The notes beneath the pieces are model-generated. The model ran no database searches. It was not told where the DNA came from and worked only from the letters and a program-made list of their open reading frames with translations. The translations under genes and the position numbers were made by a program. Source: Candidatus Oxydemutatoraceae bacterium (lineage in GTDB: Bacteria; Pseudomonadota; Gammaproteobacteria; Poriferisulfidales; Oxydemutatoraceae). From it: DNA of 64,000 nucleotides. Numbering within the stretch: the first letter of the stretch is position 1; each line of letters begins with the position of its first letter. The stretch covers positions 684,769-748,768 of the forward strand of contig OZ244779.1 in NCBI GenBank assembly GCA_965219575.1, written 5' to 3'. Of this stretch, positions 32,593 through 42,562 are shown in pieces.

Positions 32593-33555
32593 TCATTTAG
32601 GAACCTGTGCATTTTTTATATGAAGATCCCTTTGTGGGTAAGGGATGGCAATATCGTGATCTTTGAATTTCTTCCAAACACTTCGCAGCACATCACTCCG
32701 AGGTTCAAAGCGCCCTTCGGTGACATCCGCAACCCAGAAAAAGAGTAAGAAATTAACGGAGCTATCGGCAAACTCTCTTAAATAGCAGGTAGGCTCAGGG
32801 TCATCGACACAACGAGGATGCTCTCTAGTAGCCTCGAGGATTAGTTCCATGGCTTTTTCGATATCGGATTCATACGAAACACCGATGTTGATTTCCACGC
32901 GTCCTTTGTTGTTGCTAAATGTCCAGTTTGTGACACGGCTGGTGATAAAATCTTCGTTGGGGATCATAATTTCTTTTCCTTCAAAGGTTTCAATCAATGT
33001 GTAGCGTGCACTTGTGTGCCGTATGAAGCCATAAGTGCCATCGGCAAGTTCTACCAAGTCATCATTCTCAACTGATTTTTCAAATAATAAGATCAAACCG
33101 CTAATGAAGTTAGATGCGATTTTTTGCAGGCCGAGACCAATCCCGATACCAACGGCACCACTAAAAATAGCGAGGGCTGTCAAATCTATGCCCAGCACAT
33201 CAAGTCCGATAATGAATCCAAAGAAATATATAGAGACCTGAAGTGCCCTAGTGATAAGTATTTTATTACTGGTTTTGATGCCTTTAATGGTTTTGATGCG
33301 TTTTTCGCAAAATTCAGAAAATATAACAGCAAACCAAAAGAGCATCATCACAGTGATCGCTGCTTTAATCACTAGGTACGCAGAGAAGCGTGCTTCTCCG
33401 ATTTTGAAAGAGAGATCATCCGAGTCCAAAAATGTCTTAATTGGCTGGAGGTAATCCAAAAAAACAAGTGAAAAGAAGCCAAAAACAAGAAAGGCTAGTA
33501 AAACTTTTGCAATCCATACCTGTGGCTTTAATAGCAATATCCATAATTTACTCAT
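32593..33555 (-). CDS. MscS family mechanosensitive channel
   Basis: GAVGIGIGLGLQKIASNFISG, IPNEDF, IGVSYESD, IPYPQRDLH. Confidence 0.92.
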   Translation of the reverse strand: MSKLWILLLKPQVWIAKVLLAFLVFGFFSLVFLDYLQPIKTFLDSDDLSFKIGEARFSAYLVIKAAITVMMLFWFAVIFSEFCEKRIKTIKGIKTSNKILITRALQVSIYFFGFIIGLDVLGIDLTALAIFSGAVGIGIGLGLQKIASNFISGLILLFEKSVENDDLVELADGTYGFIRHTSARYTLIETFEGKEIMIPNEDFITSRVTNWTFSNNKGRVEINIGVSYESDIEKAMELILEATREHPRCVDDPEPTCYLREFADSSVNFLLFFWVADVTEGRFEPRSDVLRSVWKKFKDHDIAIPYPQRDLHIKNAQVPK

Positions 33556-33572
33556 TTAACTCTCTCCTCAAA

Positions 33573-33831
33573 TTATGAAGCCTTTTTCAGAGGTTGCTTT
33601 TTTAATCTCACCCCAATTCCGGAACCATTTTCAGGTATAAAATCTACTCCCGCATCATCCGGTGCTTTCCGCACAGCTTCAACATTTTTTGCAGATGCTT
33701 TGTCTGTGCCGTGATCTTGCTCCATCCTTTTGAGTGGAAGCGAAGCTTAGCCCTGCATGTTCGGCAAGGTCGGAAGCTCACCACTTTAATAAAGCACGAA
33801 CTGCACGAATTTGTTCTGGTTTAATAAACAA
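33573..33831 (-). pseudogene. XRE-type HTH regulator remnant
   Basis: Manual translation EQIRAVRALLKW*ASDLAEHAGLS / frameshift / ...AVRKAPDDAGVDFIPENGSGIGVRLKK. Confidence 0.7.
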
Positions 33832-34023
33832 ATTATTCTCCTAAAAGCAACATTAAATAGCATATTTGAAAATAAAACGACTTATTGACTTGATGTTACA
33901 AGGCCGTTCAAGCTGTATGATACCTCATATGCGCTAATTTACAATGCCATGTACGATGCCATGACATATTGGACAAATCAGTGCAAAAAGAGCATAAGTT
34001 TACTTGCTCGAACGAGCCATCGT

Positions 34024-34803
34024 TTATTTATGGTGGGGTAGACGAGCCGAGAATAGTAGGATCTCGTAGCTGGCAGGCACTAAATTTTGTATGCCGTAGT
34101 GCTTTTGATAATAGTCTTTCATCCGTTGCAGTTTAGACGACGGTGTTAATCCTTGTCGTTGGTCGCTGCGTTTATTTTGTGCCCCCAAACCTTTAAGATT
34201 ACCGAGTAAGGCATCGACGCCTTGGTAATAAATAATCTCCATGCTACGTCTGCAGTTGTAGACTATGAAGCCGCTCATCGCAAGTATCTTTCTTAGTTTT
34301 GCAGCCGATGGAAATTCCAATGTATGCGGGAAGTCGTCTACCTCCGCCCAACTCGTTTTTAATTCATGCAGGGTTTTAGGACCGTAGGTAGAAAAAATGA
34401 ACCAGCCACCGGGAATGAGCAATTCCGCTAAGTGTGCAAACAGCTGTTTAGGTGTATCGCACCATTGCACGAAAGAACTCGAATAGATTAAGTCGGCACA
34501 GGTACGCTTAAACGGTAGTTGGTTTGCGTCGGCACAGACTTTATGTACACCGGAAGATCGTTGTATCATCGCCGGTGCTATATCTACGGCAACCACCATC
34601 GCATCGGGGAGCTTGTTATCGAGTAGCCGTACACCGTAGCCTGTTCCCGAGCCTACATCGATAGCAATACGCGCATCCGGCGCATACTCCTCTACCAAAG
34701 CGATTAAGTCGCAAGCGGTCTTTTGTTGCAAGCCTGCGTGACTGTCGTAATTTTCGGCAGCGTTGTTAAAAGAGCGACCTACTCCCGTTTTATTGATATG
34801 CAT
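34024..34803 (-). CDS. bioC: Malonyl-ACP O-methyltransferase
   Basis: SFNNAAENYD..A.LQ, DVGSGTG, FSTYGPKTLHEL; next to bioH. Confidence 0.88.
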   Translation of the reverse strand: MHINKTGVGRSFNNAAENYDSHAGLQQKTACDLIALVEEYAPDARIAIDVGSGTGYGVRLLDNKLPDAMVVAVDIAPAMIQRSSGVHKVCADANQLPFKRTCADLIYSSSFVQWCDTPKQLFAHLAELLIPGGWFIFSTYGPKTLHELKTSWAEVDDFPHTLEFPSAAKLRKILAMSGFIVYNCRRSMEIIYYQGVDALLGNLKGLGAQNKRSDQRQGLTPSSKLQRMKDYYQKHYGIQNLVPASYEILLFSARLPHHK

Positions 34804-35563
34804 CGGTTCTATCCAGATATTCGATTAATTGCTCGCTAAACTCCTCGAAGTGAGAGATCATCGGGGCATGTCCCGCTTTTGCAATAATATTAACTTCTCC
34901 TCGAGGGGCGAGCGTAGAGGATGCTTTAAGGTTGTTTGCACTCACCAATCTATCGGCATCACCGCCTACGAATAATACCGGACATTTATAATTTGTAATC
35001 GCTTTACGCATATCTTGGCTGCGCAGTAGCTCGAGGGCAGCGATTAATTCCCTAGGTTCGTAGTTATTCGCCAGCAGTAGTTTTAATATCCTGAAAGTTT
35101 CATTTGCGTTTTCGGCGTCCACGACTTGCAAAGTCAGAAATTGTTCTAGTGCAATGGAGTTATCGGCCTTGAAGATTTTCAAGAATTGGTTAAAGTTCTC
35201 TTCCGAGATTCCCTCTGCCCAGTCGTTCTTCTGCAAAAAACAGGCTGCGCTTCCGACACAAATCAGGCGTTTGACTTTATGCGGATATATTTGTGCAACA
35301 CGTTGTGCGAGCAGCCCGCCCAGCGACCATCCGATCCACGTAGCCTCCGCTTCGCATAGATCGGACAGTTCGGTAATCAATTCGTCCATTCTGGAAAAGG
35401 AAAAGCAACTACCGCAGCCGTCGCCGTGTCCGGGTAGATCCACCCGTATCGTTTTATGGTGTCTCTCCAAAACCGGTATCAACCGATGCCAACAATAACG
35501 AGTCATCGCCCAACCGGACAATAAAACTATATTCGGTCCTTCGCCACTACGCTCTATAAACAT
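34790..35563 (-). CDS. bioH: Pimeloyl-ACP methyl ester carboxylesterase
   Basis: VDLPGHG, GWSLGG, AGHAPMISH. Confidence 0.85.
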   Translation of the reverse strand: MFIERSGEGPNIVLLSGWAMTRYCWHRLIPVLERHHKTIRVDLPGHGDGCGSCFSFSRMDELITELSDLCEAEATWIGWSLGGLLAQRVAQIYPHKVKRLICVGSAACFLQKNDWAEGISEENFNQFLKIFKADNSIALEQFLTLQVVDAENANETFRILKLLLANNYEPRELIAALELLRSQDMRKAITNYKCPVLFVGGDADRLVSANNLKASSTLAPRGEVNIIAKAGHAPMISHFEEFSEQLIEYLDRTDAYQ

Positions 35564-35718
35564 TGCTTTATATTCTTCCGATCAAGATATGATTTATGTA
35601 GGATACCCGTATGCTCTAGGTTGTTTAAGTTATCAAACAATACGGACATATTTTACATGAATTATCGCCTGTGTTTGCCAACCTCAAAAGTAGCAGTATA
35701 ATCCTTTGAAAATCGGAG

Positions 35719-36300
35719 TTGAATGTGTGGACTGAAATAGCATATATAGTCGGGGCCTATCTGATAGGTTCCGTTACTTTTGCCGTTATAGTGTGTAGAT
35801 TGTCGGGTGCGGAGGATCCTCGGCGTGTAGGTTCGGGTAATCCCGGTGCCACTAATGTAGTGCGTGTAGGGGGATGGCCGGCAGCGGTGGCGACATTCGT
35901 AGGTGATGCGGCAAAGTCTGCAATACCTCTAGGTATTGCCGTCCATTTGAGTATGGACGATTCGGTTATAGCCGGGATTGCTTTGGCTGTATTTTTGGGT
36001 CATCTCTTCCCTATTTATCATGGCTTCAAAGGAGGTAAGGGTGTTGCAACTTATTTGGGAGTTTTAATCGGCGTGCAACCTTTGGCGGCGTTGATGTGGG
36101 TAGGAGGGTGGCTTGCCTTGGTCGGTATCTTTAGACATTCGTCGGTAGGCGGTATGACGATGTGTGCCGCAGCCCCGTTGCTACTAGGGTGGCAATCCGC
36201 CGCCTATCAACTGATTGCCATATCGGTTCTAATGTCGGTCTTGGTTGTTATACGCCACCGGCAAAACATAAAAAACTTAATCGCCGGCACGGAGGGATGA
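35719..36300 (+). CDS. plsY: Glycerol-3-phosphate acyltransferase
   Basis: GSGNPGATNV, GHLFP..FKGGKGVAT, RHRQNI. Confidence 0.95.
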   Translation: MNVWTEIAYIVGAYLIGSVTFAVIVCRLSGAEDPRRVGSGNPGATNVVRVGGWPAAVATFVGDAAKSAIPLGIAVHLSMDDSVIAGIALAVFLGHLFPIYHGFKGGKGVATYLGVLIGVQPLAALMWVGGWLALVGIFRHSSVGGMTMCAAAPLLLGWQSAAYQLIAISVLMSVLVVIRHRQNIKNLIAGTEG

Positions 36301-36475
36301 AACCACCCCATAGAAAGGCTTTACATTTTGTAGTGACATCACCCCATTTTTAGAGTCGCCTGCAAAGTCGGTTTTCATGCTATTGCCTCCGCAAATACAC
36401 TGGAGAGAGTTATGTACGATTACGATTTCTCAGTTGTAATGACTATAATAGTAAACATTATAAATACAGGAGTAA

Positions 36476-36829
36476 ATGAAGGCGTCAGAAATCGCACTAT
36501 ACAGCGCATTGACTAAATTAGGACTGAAGTATGACGAAGCAAAGGAGGCCGTAGCCGATGTTGCTAGCTCAAAGGATGTAGCAACTAAGATAGATATAAT
36601 AGAACTAAAAGCAGAAACGAAAGCGGATATCAAAGATATGGCGACTAAGGCTGATATAGCTGAGGTAAAGTCTGATATAACCGAGGTAAAGTCTGATATA
36701 ACCGAGGTAAAGTCTGATATAACGGAGGTAAAAACCGACATACGAGAGATACGAATTGAGTTGAAGTACTTGCGTTGGCTGATTGTGATTGTAGTTAGCA
36801 TTGCCGTCGGGGTAATTAAATATCTCTAG
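36476..36829 (+). CDS. C-terminally membrane-anchored coiled-coil protein (DUF1640/CCDC90-like) with heptad repeats
   Basis: ATKxD motifs, (EVKSDIT)n, terminal TM helix. Confidence 0.7.
   Translation: MKASEIALYSALTKLGLKYDEAKEAVADVASSKDVATKIDIIELKAETKADIKDMATKADIAEVKSDITEVKSDITEVKSDITEVKTDIREIRIELKYLRWLIVIVVSIAVGVIKYL
36651..36733 (+). repeat. 21 bp tandem repeat x4 (coding)
   Basis: CTGATATAACCGAGGTAAAGT units. Confidence 0.9.
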
Positions 36830-36936
36830 ATGAGCTATCGGAACCTGCTAACTATTTTGTGTAACTTCGTTCTCTTTAATATCAAATCTACCTTCGTATT
36901 CAATAGCTAATCGGTTCATAGTCATAGCCGCGATGT

Positions 36937-37233
36937 GGGGCTGTTGAAAAAATATTTTATGCACCGTAGGGGCGGACTTCATTAAATTGCCGATTGACCT
37001 ACCGGCTTAATCGGCGGCTCTGTTCTGCCCGTAACGCGTTACGTATGCACGATTTATACATTCATTCACTCGATTTATGGAAACCAAACCCATACGGCGC
37101 AAGCGGTTACAGCTGTGCAGAACGGCACTTAAGGGCAGACATATAAGTCTGCCCCTACGACTCGGTGGTTATCGTAAATTTAATAGCGCGAAGCGGTTAC
37201 GATTTTGCAGAACAGTACTTTTTCAACAGTCCC
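36937..37233. mobile_element. MITE-like element family A with family C hairpin inserted in one REP
   Basis: GGGGCTGTTGAAAAA...TTTTTCAACAGTCCC; GTAGGGGCGGAC-[C hairpin]-CTGCCCGTAACGCG. Confidence 0.8.
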
Positions 37234-37250
37234 ACGCCGATTGGCCTACT

Positions 37251-39845
37251 TTACCGTATGGCCAGTCGGTTGTTCTCGACCTCGATTCTAATGACATCAT
37301 CGGCAATATAGTCGCCTTTGAGTAGTTTTTCCGATAGCAGATTCTCTAATTCGTGCTGTATCGTGCGTTTGAGAGGGCGCGCACCGTATACCGGGTCAAA
37401 GCCGCGTTGAGCGAGCCAGTCTATCGCCGCATCGTTGATCTCTAATCCGAGTTCGTGGTTGCTCAAGCGTTGCTTTAACTGTTCAATCTGTATGACGCAG
37501 ATTTTCCGTATATCTTCCATATTCAACGAATGGAAAACTAAAATCTCGTCGATACGATTGAGAAATTCCGGTCTGAAACTTTTCTGGACAATCCGCATTA
37601 CATCTAGACGAATTTCGTCGTAGTCGGCACCGGTTTTTTCTTGTATCAAATCGCTACCCAGATTGGAAGTCATCACGATCACGGTATTTCTGAAATCTAC
37701 GGTTCGGCCTTGTCCGTCGGTTAGGCGTCCGTCGTCTAAAACTTGCAAGAATATATTAAAGACTTCGGGATGCGCTTTTTCAATTTCGTCCAGCAGGATG
37801 ACCGAGTAAGGTCGTCTGCGCACCGCTTCGGTCAAATAACCCCCTTGTTCGTAGCCTACATAGCCGGGTGGCGCACCGATCATGCGGGCGACCGAATGTT
37901 TTTCCATGAACTCGGACATATCAAGTCTGACCACCGCGTGTTCGTTATCGAATAAAAAAGCTGCCAACGCTTTGCACAACTCGGTTTTCCCTACACCGGT
38001 AGGACCTAAGAACATGAAAGAACCGCTTGGATGATTAGGATCCGCCAAGCCTGCACGGGCGCGACGGGTCGCTTGCGATATTGCCGTTATCGCTTCTTGT
38101 TGCGAGATTACTCTGCGGCTCAATTCTTGTTCCATATTGAGTAATTTTTCTTTTTCACTTTGTAGCATACGGCTCACCGGTATACCCGTCCATTTGGATA
38201 CCACATCGGCTACTTCGTTTTCCGTCACTCGACTGCGTAATAGGCGCGTTGTTTGCGAGTCGGATGATTGCGGTTCGCTACGCGCAGTCTCCAGACGTTT
38301 CTCCAGTTCCGGAATCGTCCCGTATTGGAGTTCGGACATTTTTGCCAAATCCCCTTCGCGGTGGGCGGCATCCAAAGCGATGCGCGCTTGTTCCAGTTCT
38401 TCTTTAATTGTCGTCGTGCCTTGCATCGCGGCTTTTTCGGATTTCCATATCTCTTCCAAATCAGCGTATTCTTTTTCAAGTTCGGTAATCTGCTCGTTTA
38501 AGTCCTTGAGGCGTTTCTTAGAGGCTTCGTCGCTCTCTTTGTTCAAGGCCTCTCGCTCTATCTTAAGCTGTATCAATCGGCGATCCAGTTTATCCATGCT
38601 TTCAGGTTTGGAATCAATTTCCATACGGATGCGAGAAGCTGCCTCGTCTATCAAATCTATCGCTTTGTCAGGTAATTGGCGATCGCTGATATAACGATGC
38701 GAAAGGCGCGTCGCTGCGATGATGGCAGGGTCGGTAATCTCGACACCGTGATGTACTTCGTAGCGTTCTTTTAATCCGCGCAAAATTGCAACGGTATCTT
38801 CTATGCTCGGTTCGTCTACTAAAACTTTTTGAAAGCGACGTTCTAGAGCGGCATCTTTTTCTACATAAAGACGGTATTCGTTTAGCGTGGTTGCTCCCAA
38901 ACAGCGTAGTTCTCCGCGTGCCAGTGCCGGTTTTAGCATATTACCGGCATCCATAGATCCTTCGCTTTTGCCGGCACCGACCATCGTGTGTAGTTCGTCT
39001 ATAAACAGAATGACATTGCCGGCTTCTTGTTGCAATTCTTTTAGCACCGCCTTGAGCCGCTCTTCGAACTCACCGCGATATTTGGCACCGGCAATCAATG
39101 CGCCCATATCCAAGCTCAGTAGTTTTTTGCCTATTAGACCCTCGGGTACTTCTCGGTTGACGATACGCAACGCCAATCCTTCGACGATGGCGGTTTTCCC
39201 GACTCCCGGTTCACCGATTAAAACCGGGTTGTTTTTGGTTCTACGCTGCAGTACCTGAGCGACGCGGCGTATTTCGTCGTCGCGCCCGATCACCGGATCT
39301 AGCTTGCCTAGTCCGGCACTTTCGGTGAGGTCTTGCGTATAACGTTGTAATGCTTCGCGTTGATCTTCGGTGTTTGCATCGTCAACCGACTCGCCGCCCC
39401 TGACTTGTTGCAATGCTTGTTCGTAGTTGGTAATTTCCAACCCCGCTTGAGAGAGCAAGCGGCTTTCCTTGACCTTGGCTTTTAATAATGCCAACGGAAA
39501 TAATTCGGAAGCAATATAGCTGTCTTTGTATTGCCCTGCCAGTTGTTCGCAGACATTCAGCACTTTGGCTAAATCCTGAGAGATATGGACTTCGCCGGGC
39601 ACACCTTCGACGGTAGGCAACCTGTCGATTTCATCTTCGGCCTTTTGCTGCAGCTGTTCTATGTCGGTGCCGCACTGTGCCAACAGTCGCGTCACCGTGC
39701 CGTCGTTTTCATTCAACATGTGATGCAACAGATGCAAAGGTTCAATGAACTGATGGTTATGATTCAACGCGTACGATTGGGCATCTTGCAACGCCGTTTG
39801 GAACCGATTTGTCAATTTATCGAAACGCATATTATTCTCCGACAA
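37251..39845 (-). CDS. clpB: Chaperone ClpB
   Basis: Two AAA modules GEPGVGKT and GPTGVGKT, M-domain coiled coil; start could be ATG 39830. Confidence 0.97.
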   Translation of the reverse strand: MSENNMRFDKLTNRFQTALQDAQSYALNHNHQFIEPLHLLHHMLNENDGTVTRLLAQCGTDIEQLQQKAEDEIDRLPTVEGVPGEVHISQDLAKVLNVCEQLAGQYKDSYIASELFPLALLKAKVKESRLLSQAGLEITNYEQALQQVRGGESVDDANTEDQREALQRYTQDLTESAGLGKLDPVIGRDDEIRRVAQVLQRRTKNNPVLIGEPGVGKTAIVEGLALRIVNREVPEGLIGKKLLSLDMGALIAGAKYRGEFEERLKAVLKELQQEAGNVILFIDELHTMVGAGKSEGSMDAGNMLKPALARGELRCLGATTLNEYRLYVEKDAALERRFQKVLVDEPSIEDTVAILRGLKERYEVHHGVEITDPAIIAATRLSHRYISDRQLPDKAIDLIDEAASRIRMEIDSKPESMDKLDRRLIQLKIEREALNKESDEASKKRLKDLNEQITELEKEYADLEEIWKSEKAAMQGTTTIKEELEQARIALDAAHREGDLAKMSELQYGTIPELEKRLETARSEPQSSDSQTTRLLRSRVTENEVADVVSKWTGIPVSRMLQSEKEKLLNMEQELSRRVISQQEAITAISQATRRARAGLADPNHPSGSFMFLGPTGVGKTELCKALAAFLFDNEHAVVRLDMSEFMEKHSVARMIGAPPGYVGYEQGGYLTEAVRRRPYSVILLDEIEKAHPEVFNIFLQVLDDGRLTDGQGRTVDFRNTVIVMTSNLGSDLIQEKTGADYDEIRLDVMRIVQKSFRPEFLNRIDEILVFHSLNMEDIRKICVIQIEQLKQRLSNHELGLEINDAAIDWLAQRGFDPVYGARPLKRTIQHELENLLSEKLLKGDYIADDVIRIEVENNRLAIR

Positions 39846-39921
39846 TTTAATATGGCGTTCGGATTATTGTTTTCAAGTGAGATTCGATATTCCTCTCCTA
39901 TAGAAGAGAGTGCATCACATC

Positions 39922-40695
39922 TTAACGAGAGGTTGACAAATAGATCAATGCAACGATACGCCCGGTATCGGTTTCGCGCCGATAGGAAAAAAAATGTTTG
40001 TGGTCGTAATAGGTACAGTGTAGACCGCCGCTGATGTTTCGCACACCGATGCTTCGTAGCTTTAGTTGTGCCAAGCGGTATAAATTCGCGCGCCATGCAC
40101 CGCGGTTATCAGGCAAAAAACAGAGTGTGTATTGATCGTGCCGGCTTAGGAATGTGTCGCGCACCGTATCACCGACTTGATAGGCATCCGGACCTATCGC
40201 CGGACCTAGAAAAGCATGGAGTTGTGCAGGATCGCAATCCAGTGCCGCAACCGTATTTTCTAAAATGCCCGAAGCCAGACCGCGCCAGCCGGCGTGTGCG
40301 GCACCGACACGGGTTGCCGATCGATCACAAAATAATACCGGCAGACAATCTGCGACCATAACGGCACATATATAACCTGTCTCGAAGCTGACGGTGGCAT
40401 CGGCTCGGCAGGGGAAATGACTTTGTTCGGCTACAACGACCTGATTGCCGTGGACTTGTTCCAACCAAGCAGGCTCGGAGGGCAGATTGAGGCACTTTTT
40501 AAGTTGGCAACGGTTTTTGATCACATTGAGTTCGTCGTCTCCTACATGCAAAGCGATGTTCATGGTGTCGTAAGGAGGTAGGCTATGCCCGCCCAATCTC
40601 GTGCTGATGCATGCTTTTACGCGTTCCGAGACCGGCCAATTCGGCCACAGAAAACCGTCGGAAAAATAATCGTCAGTCCGTTGTGCTTTTTTCAT
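39922..40695 (-). CDS. pgeF: Purine nucleoside phosphorylase/peptidoglycan editing factor
   Basis: WLEQVHG, ADCLPV, AHAGWRG, FFSYRR. Confidence 0.92.
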   Translation of the reverse strand: MKKAQRTDDYFSDGFLWPNWPVSERVKACISTRLGGHSLPPYDTMNIALHVGDDELNVIKNRCQLKKCLNLPSEPAWLEQVHGNQVVVAEQSHFPCRADATVSFETGYICAVMVADCLPVLFCDRSATRVGAAHAGWRGLASGILENTVAALDCDPAQLHAFLGPAIGPDAYQVGDTVRDTFLSRHDQYTLCFLPDNRGAWRANLYRLAQLKLRSIGVRNISGGLHCTYYDHKHFFSYRRETDTGRIVALIYLSTSR

Positions 40696-41635
40696 TTTCG
40701 TCGAATAATCCGAATAGGTTTTTCATATCGTCGGGCGGATCGGATTGGTAGTGGCACAATTCACTGCGCTGCGGATGTTTTAAGCTCAATCGGCTTGCAT
40801 GTAAAGCCTGCCTGTTGAAATTTCTTAGTATGTTTAGGTGTTGTTGTTGCCACCCTTTAATCGGACGATAGGCACCTCCGTATAGTGTGTCGCCGAATAA
40901 CGGATGGTGTATATGCGATAGATGAACACGAATCTGATGAGTGCGCCCGGTTTCAAGCGTGATATCAAGTCTGGTATGCGAGGTATACCTATGTGCGATA
41001 CGGTAGTGAGTGATTGCAGCTTTGCCGCCGGTTTTCACTACCGCCATGCGCTTGCGATCTACCGGATGGCGACCAATTGCAGCCGCTATGCTTCCACCGC
41101 TGATAAATTGCCCTCGTGCCAAGGCAATATAGCAACGTCCCATCTCTTTATTTTGTAACTGCTTGACCAATTCCCAATGTGCTTCTCGGGTTTTTGCTAC
41201 TGCCAATAAGCCACTGGTGTCTTTATCCAGCCGATGAACTATGCCGCAACGAGGCAACATTGCTAATTCCGGACAGTGATGCAACAGTGCATTTAGTAGT
41301 GTCCCGGAACGGTGTCCGGCAGCGGGATGCACTACAACCCCCGCTTGTTTGTCGACAATTATCAGGTGTTCGTCTTCAAAGACTATGTTTAGGGGAAGTG
41401 CTTCGCCCACCGGTCTCTCGGGGGGAGATGTAGGCAATTCAAAAGAGATCTGCTCGCCACCCGATACTTTATCGCTCGCTTGTGCAGTATGTCCATTCAC
41501 TAGAATCAAGCCTTTTACCAGACAATGTTGCAAAAAACTTCGCGAATAATCTGCAAACAATTCGGACAATGCCTTGTCTAGCCTTAATCCTGTACAATGT
41601 GCCGGTAATGTGGCGGTTAATTTTTTATCGGACAT
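40673..41635 (-). CDS. rluD: 23S rRNA pseudouridine synthase
   Basis: S4 domain, GIVHRLDKDTSG, TGRTHQIRVH, RQALHA. Confidence 0.94.
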   Translation of the reverse strand: MSDKKLTATLPAHCTGLRLDKALSELFADYSRSFLQHCLVKGLILVNGHTAQASDKVSGGEQISFELPTSPPERPVGEALPLNIVFEDEHLIIVDKQAGVVVHPAAGHRSGTLLNALLHHCPELAMLPRCGIVHRLDKDTSGLLAVAKTREAHWELVKQLQNKEMGRCYIALARGQFISGGSIAAAIGRHPVDRKRMAVVKTGGKAAITHYRIAHRYTSHTRLDITLETGRTHQIRVHLSHIHHPLFGDTLYGGAYRPIKGWQQQHLNILRNFNRQALHASRLSLKHPQRSELCHYQSDPPDDMKNLFGLFDENEKSTTD

Positions 41636-41683
41636 AGCAAGAAGCGATATAATACAACTATTAATATTATTCTACCGTGAGAG

Positions 41684-42544
41684 ATGCGATTATCATATCT
41701 ACTTTTTATAGTTTCACTGAACCTGGCTCTGATTGTTTCGGGTTGTTCTTGGTTCGACGAAAAGAGCGAGGACGAAGAAGCCGAGGTTATCTATCGCACG
41801 GCTAGAGAGAGTTTAGAGAAAGGTAATTACCCCGCTGCGTTGGAGAAATACCAAAGACTGGAAAACGATTATCCTTTTAGTCCTTTTGCAAACGCGGCGT
41901 TGCTCGAAACGGCTTATGCAAGTTATAAATCCGACGATGCCGAAACCGCTGCGGTGATGGCCGATCAGTTCATAAAAAATAATCCCAACCACTCTTATTT
42001 GGATTACGCTTATTATTTGAAAGGTTTGGCACATTTTAATTACGGCAAGCATTTTTTGGATTTTATTATTCCTCGCGACCGCACCGCAAGAGACACCAAA
42101 CCTTTAGAGGAGTCTTTTGAAACTTTCAAAACCTTATACGAACGTTTTCCCGATAGTGCGTATCGCGAAGAAGCTAGAAGACGCCTGGTCGTACTACGCA
42201 ACATGTTGGCGGTTCACGAGATTCGCGTCGCACTTTTTTATTACAGACAAGGCAGTTATGTAGCAACGATCAATCGCATGAAATATATGCTCGAGAGATA
42301 CGACGGTGCCCAGCATACACCCGACGGTCTGCTACTCATGGCGCAAGCTTATAGGCAGATAGATGCCGACGACCTCGCCGGCGATACGCTTAGAGTTTTG
42401 GAATACAACTACCCGAGTTACGCTGCCTCCAACTTAAGAGAATTGGCGCAAGTTAGCGAGCAGGAACAAAGAAATTGGATGTCCGGATTTGGCGACCTGA
42501 CCGATGTGATTCTAGAAAAATTGCGCATCAAGAGGAGATATTAA
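41684..42544 (+). CDS. bamD: Outer membrane assembly lipoprotein BamD
   Basis: Lipobox VSGC, YPFS, DYAYYLKGL; divergent from rluD. Confidence 0.93.
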   Translation: MRLSYLLFIVSLNLALIVSGCSWFDEKSEDEEAEVIYRTARESLEKGNYPAALEKYQRLENDYPFSPFANAALLETAYASYKSDDAETAAVMADQFIKNNPNHSYLDYAYYLKGLAHFNYGKHFLDFIIPRDRTARDTKPLEESFETFKTLYERFPDSAYREEARRRLVVLRNMLAVHEIRVALFYYRQGSYVATINRMKYMLERYDGAQHTPDGLLLMAQAYRQIDADDLAGDTLRVLEYNYPSYAASNLRELAQVSEQEQRNWMSGFGDLTDVILEKLRIKRRY

Positions 42545-42562
42545 CGATACTATCGGTATTGA

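Noticed and set aside
33990-34020. attR copy of tRNA-Lys 3' end
   Set aside because: Only a short TTTACTTG match to sequence downstream of the tRNA; not significant
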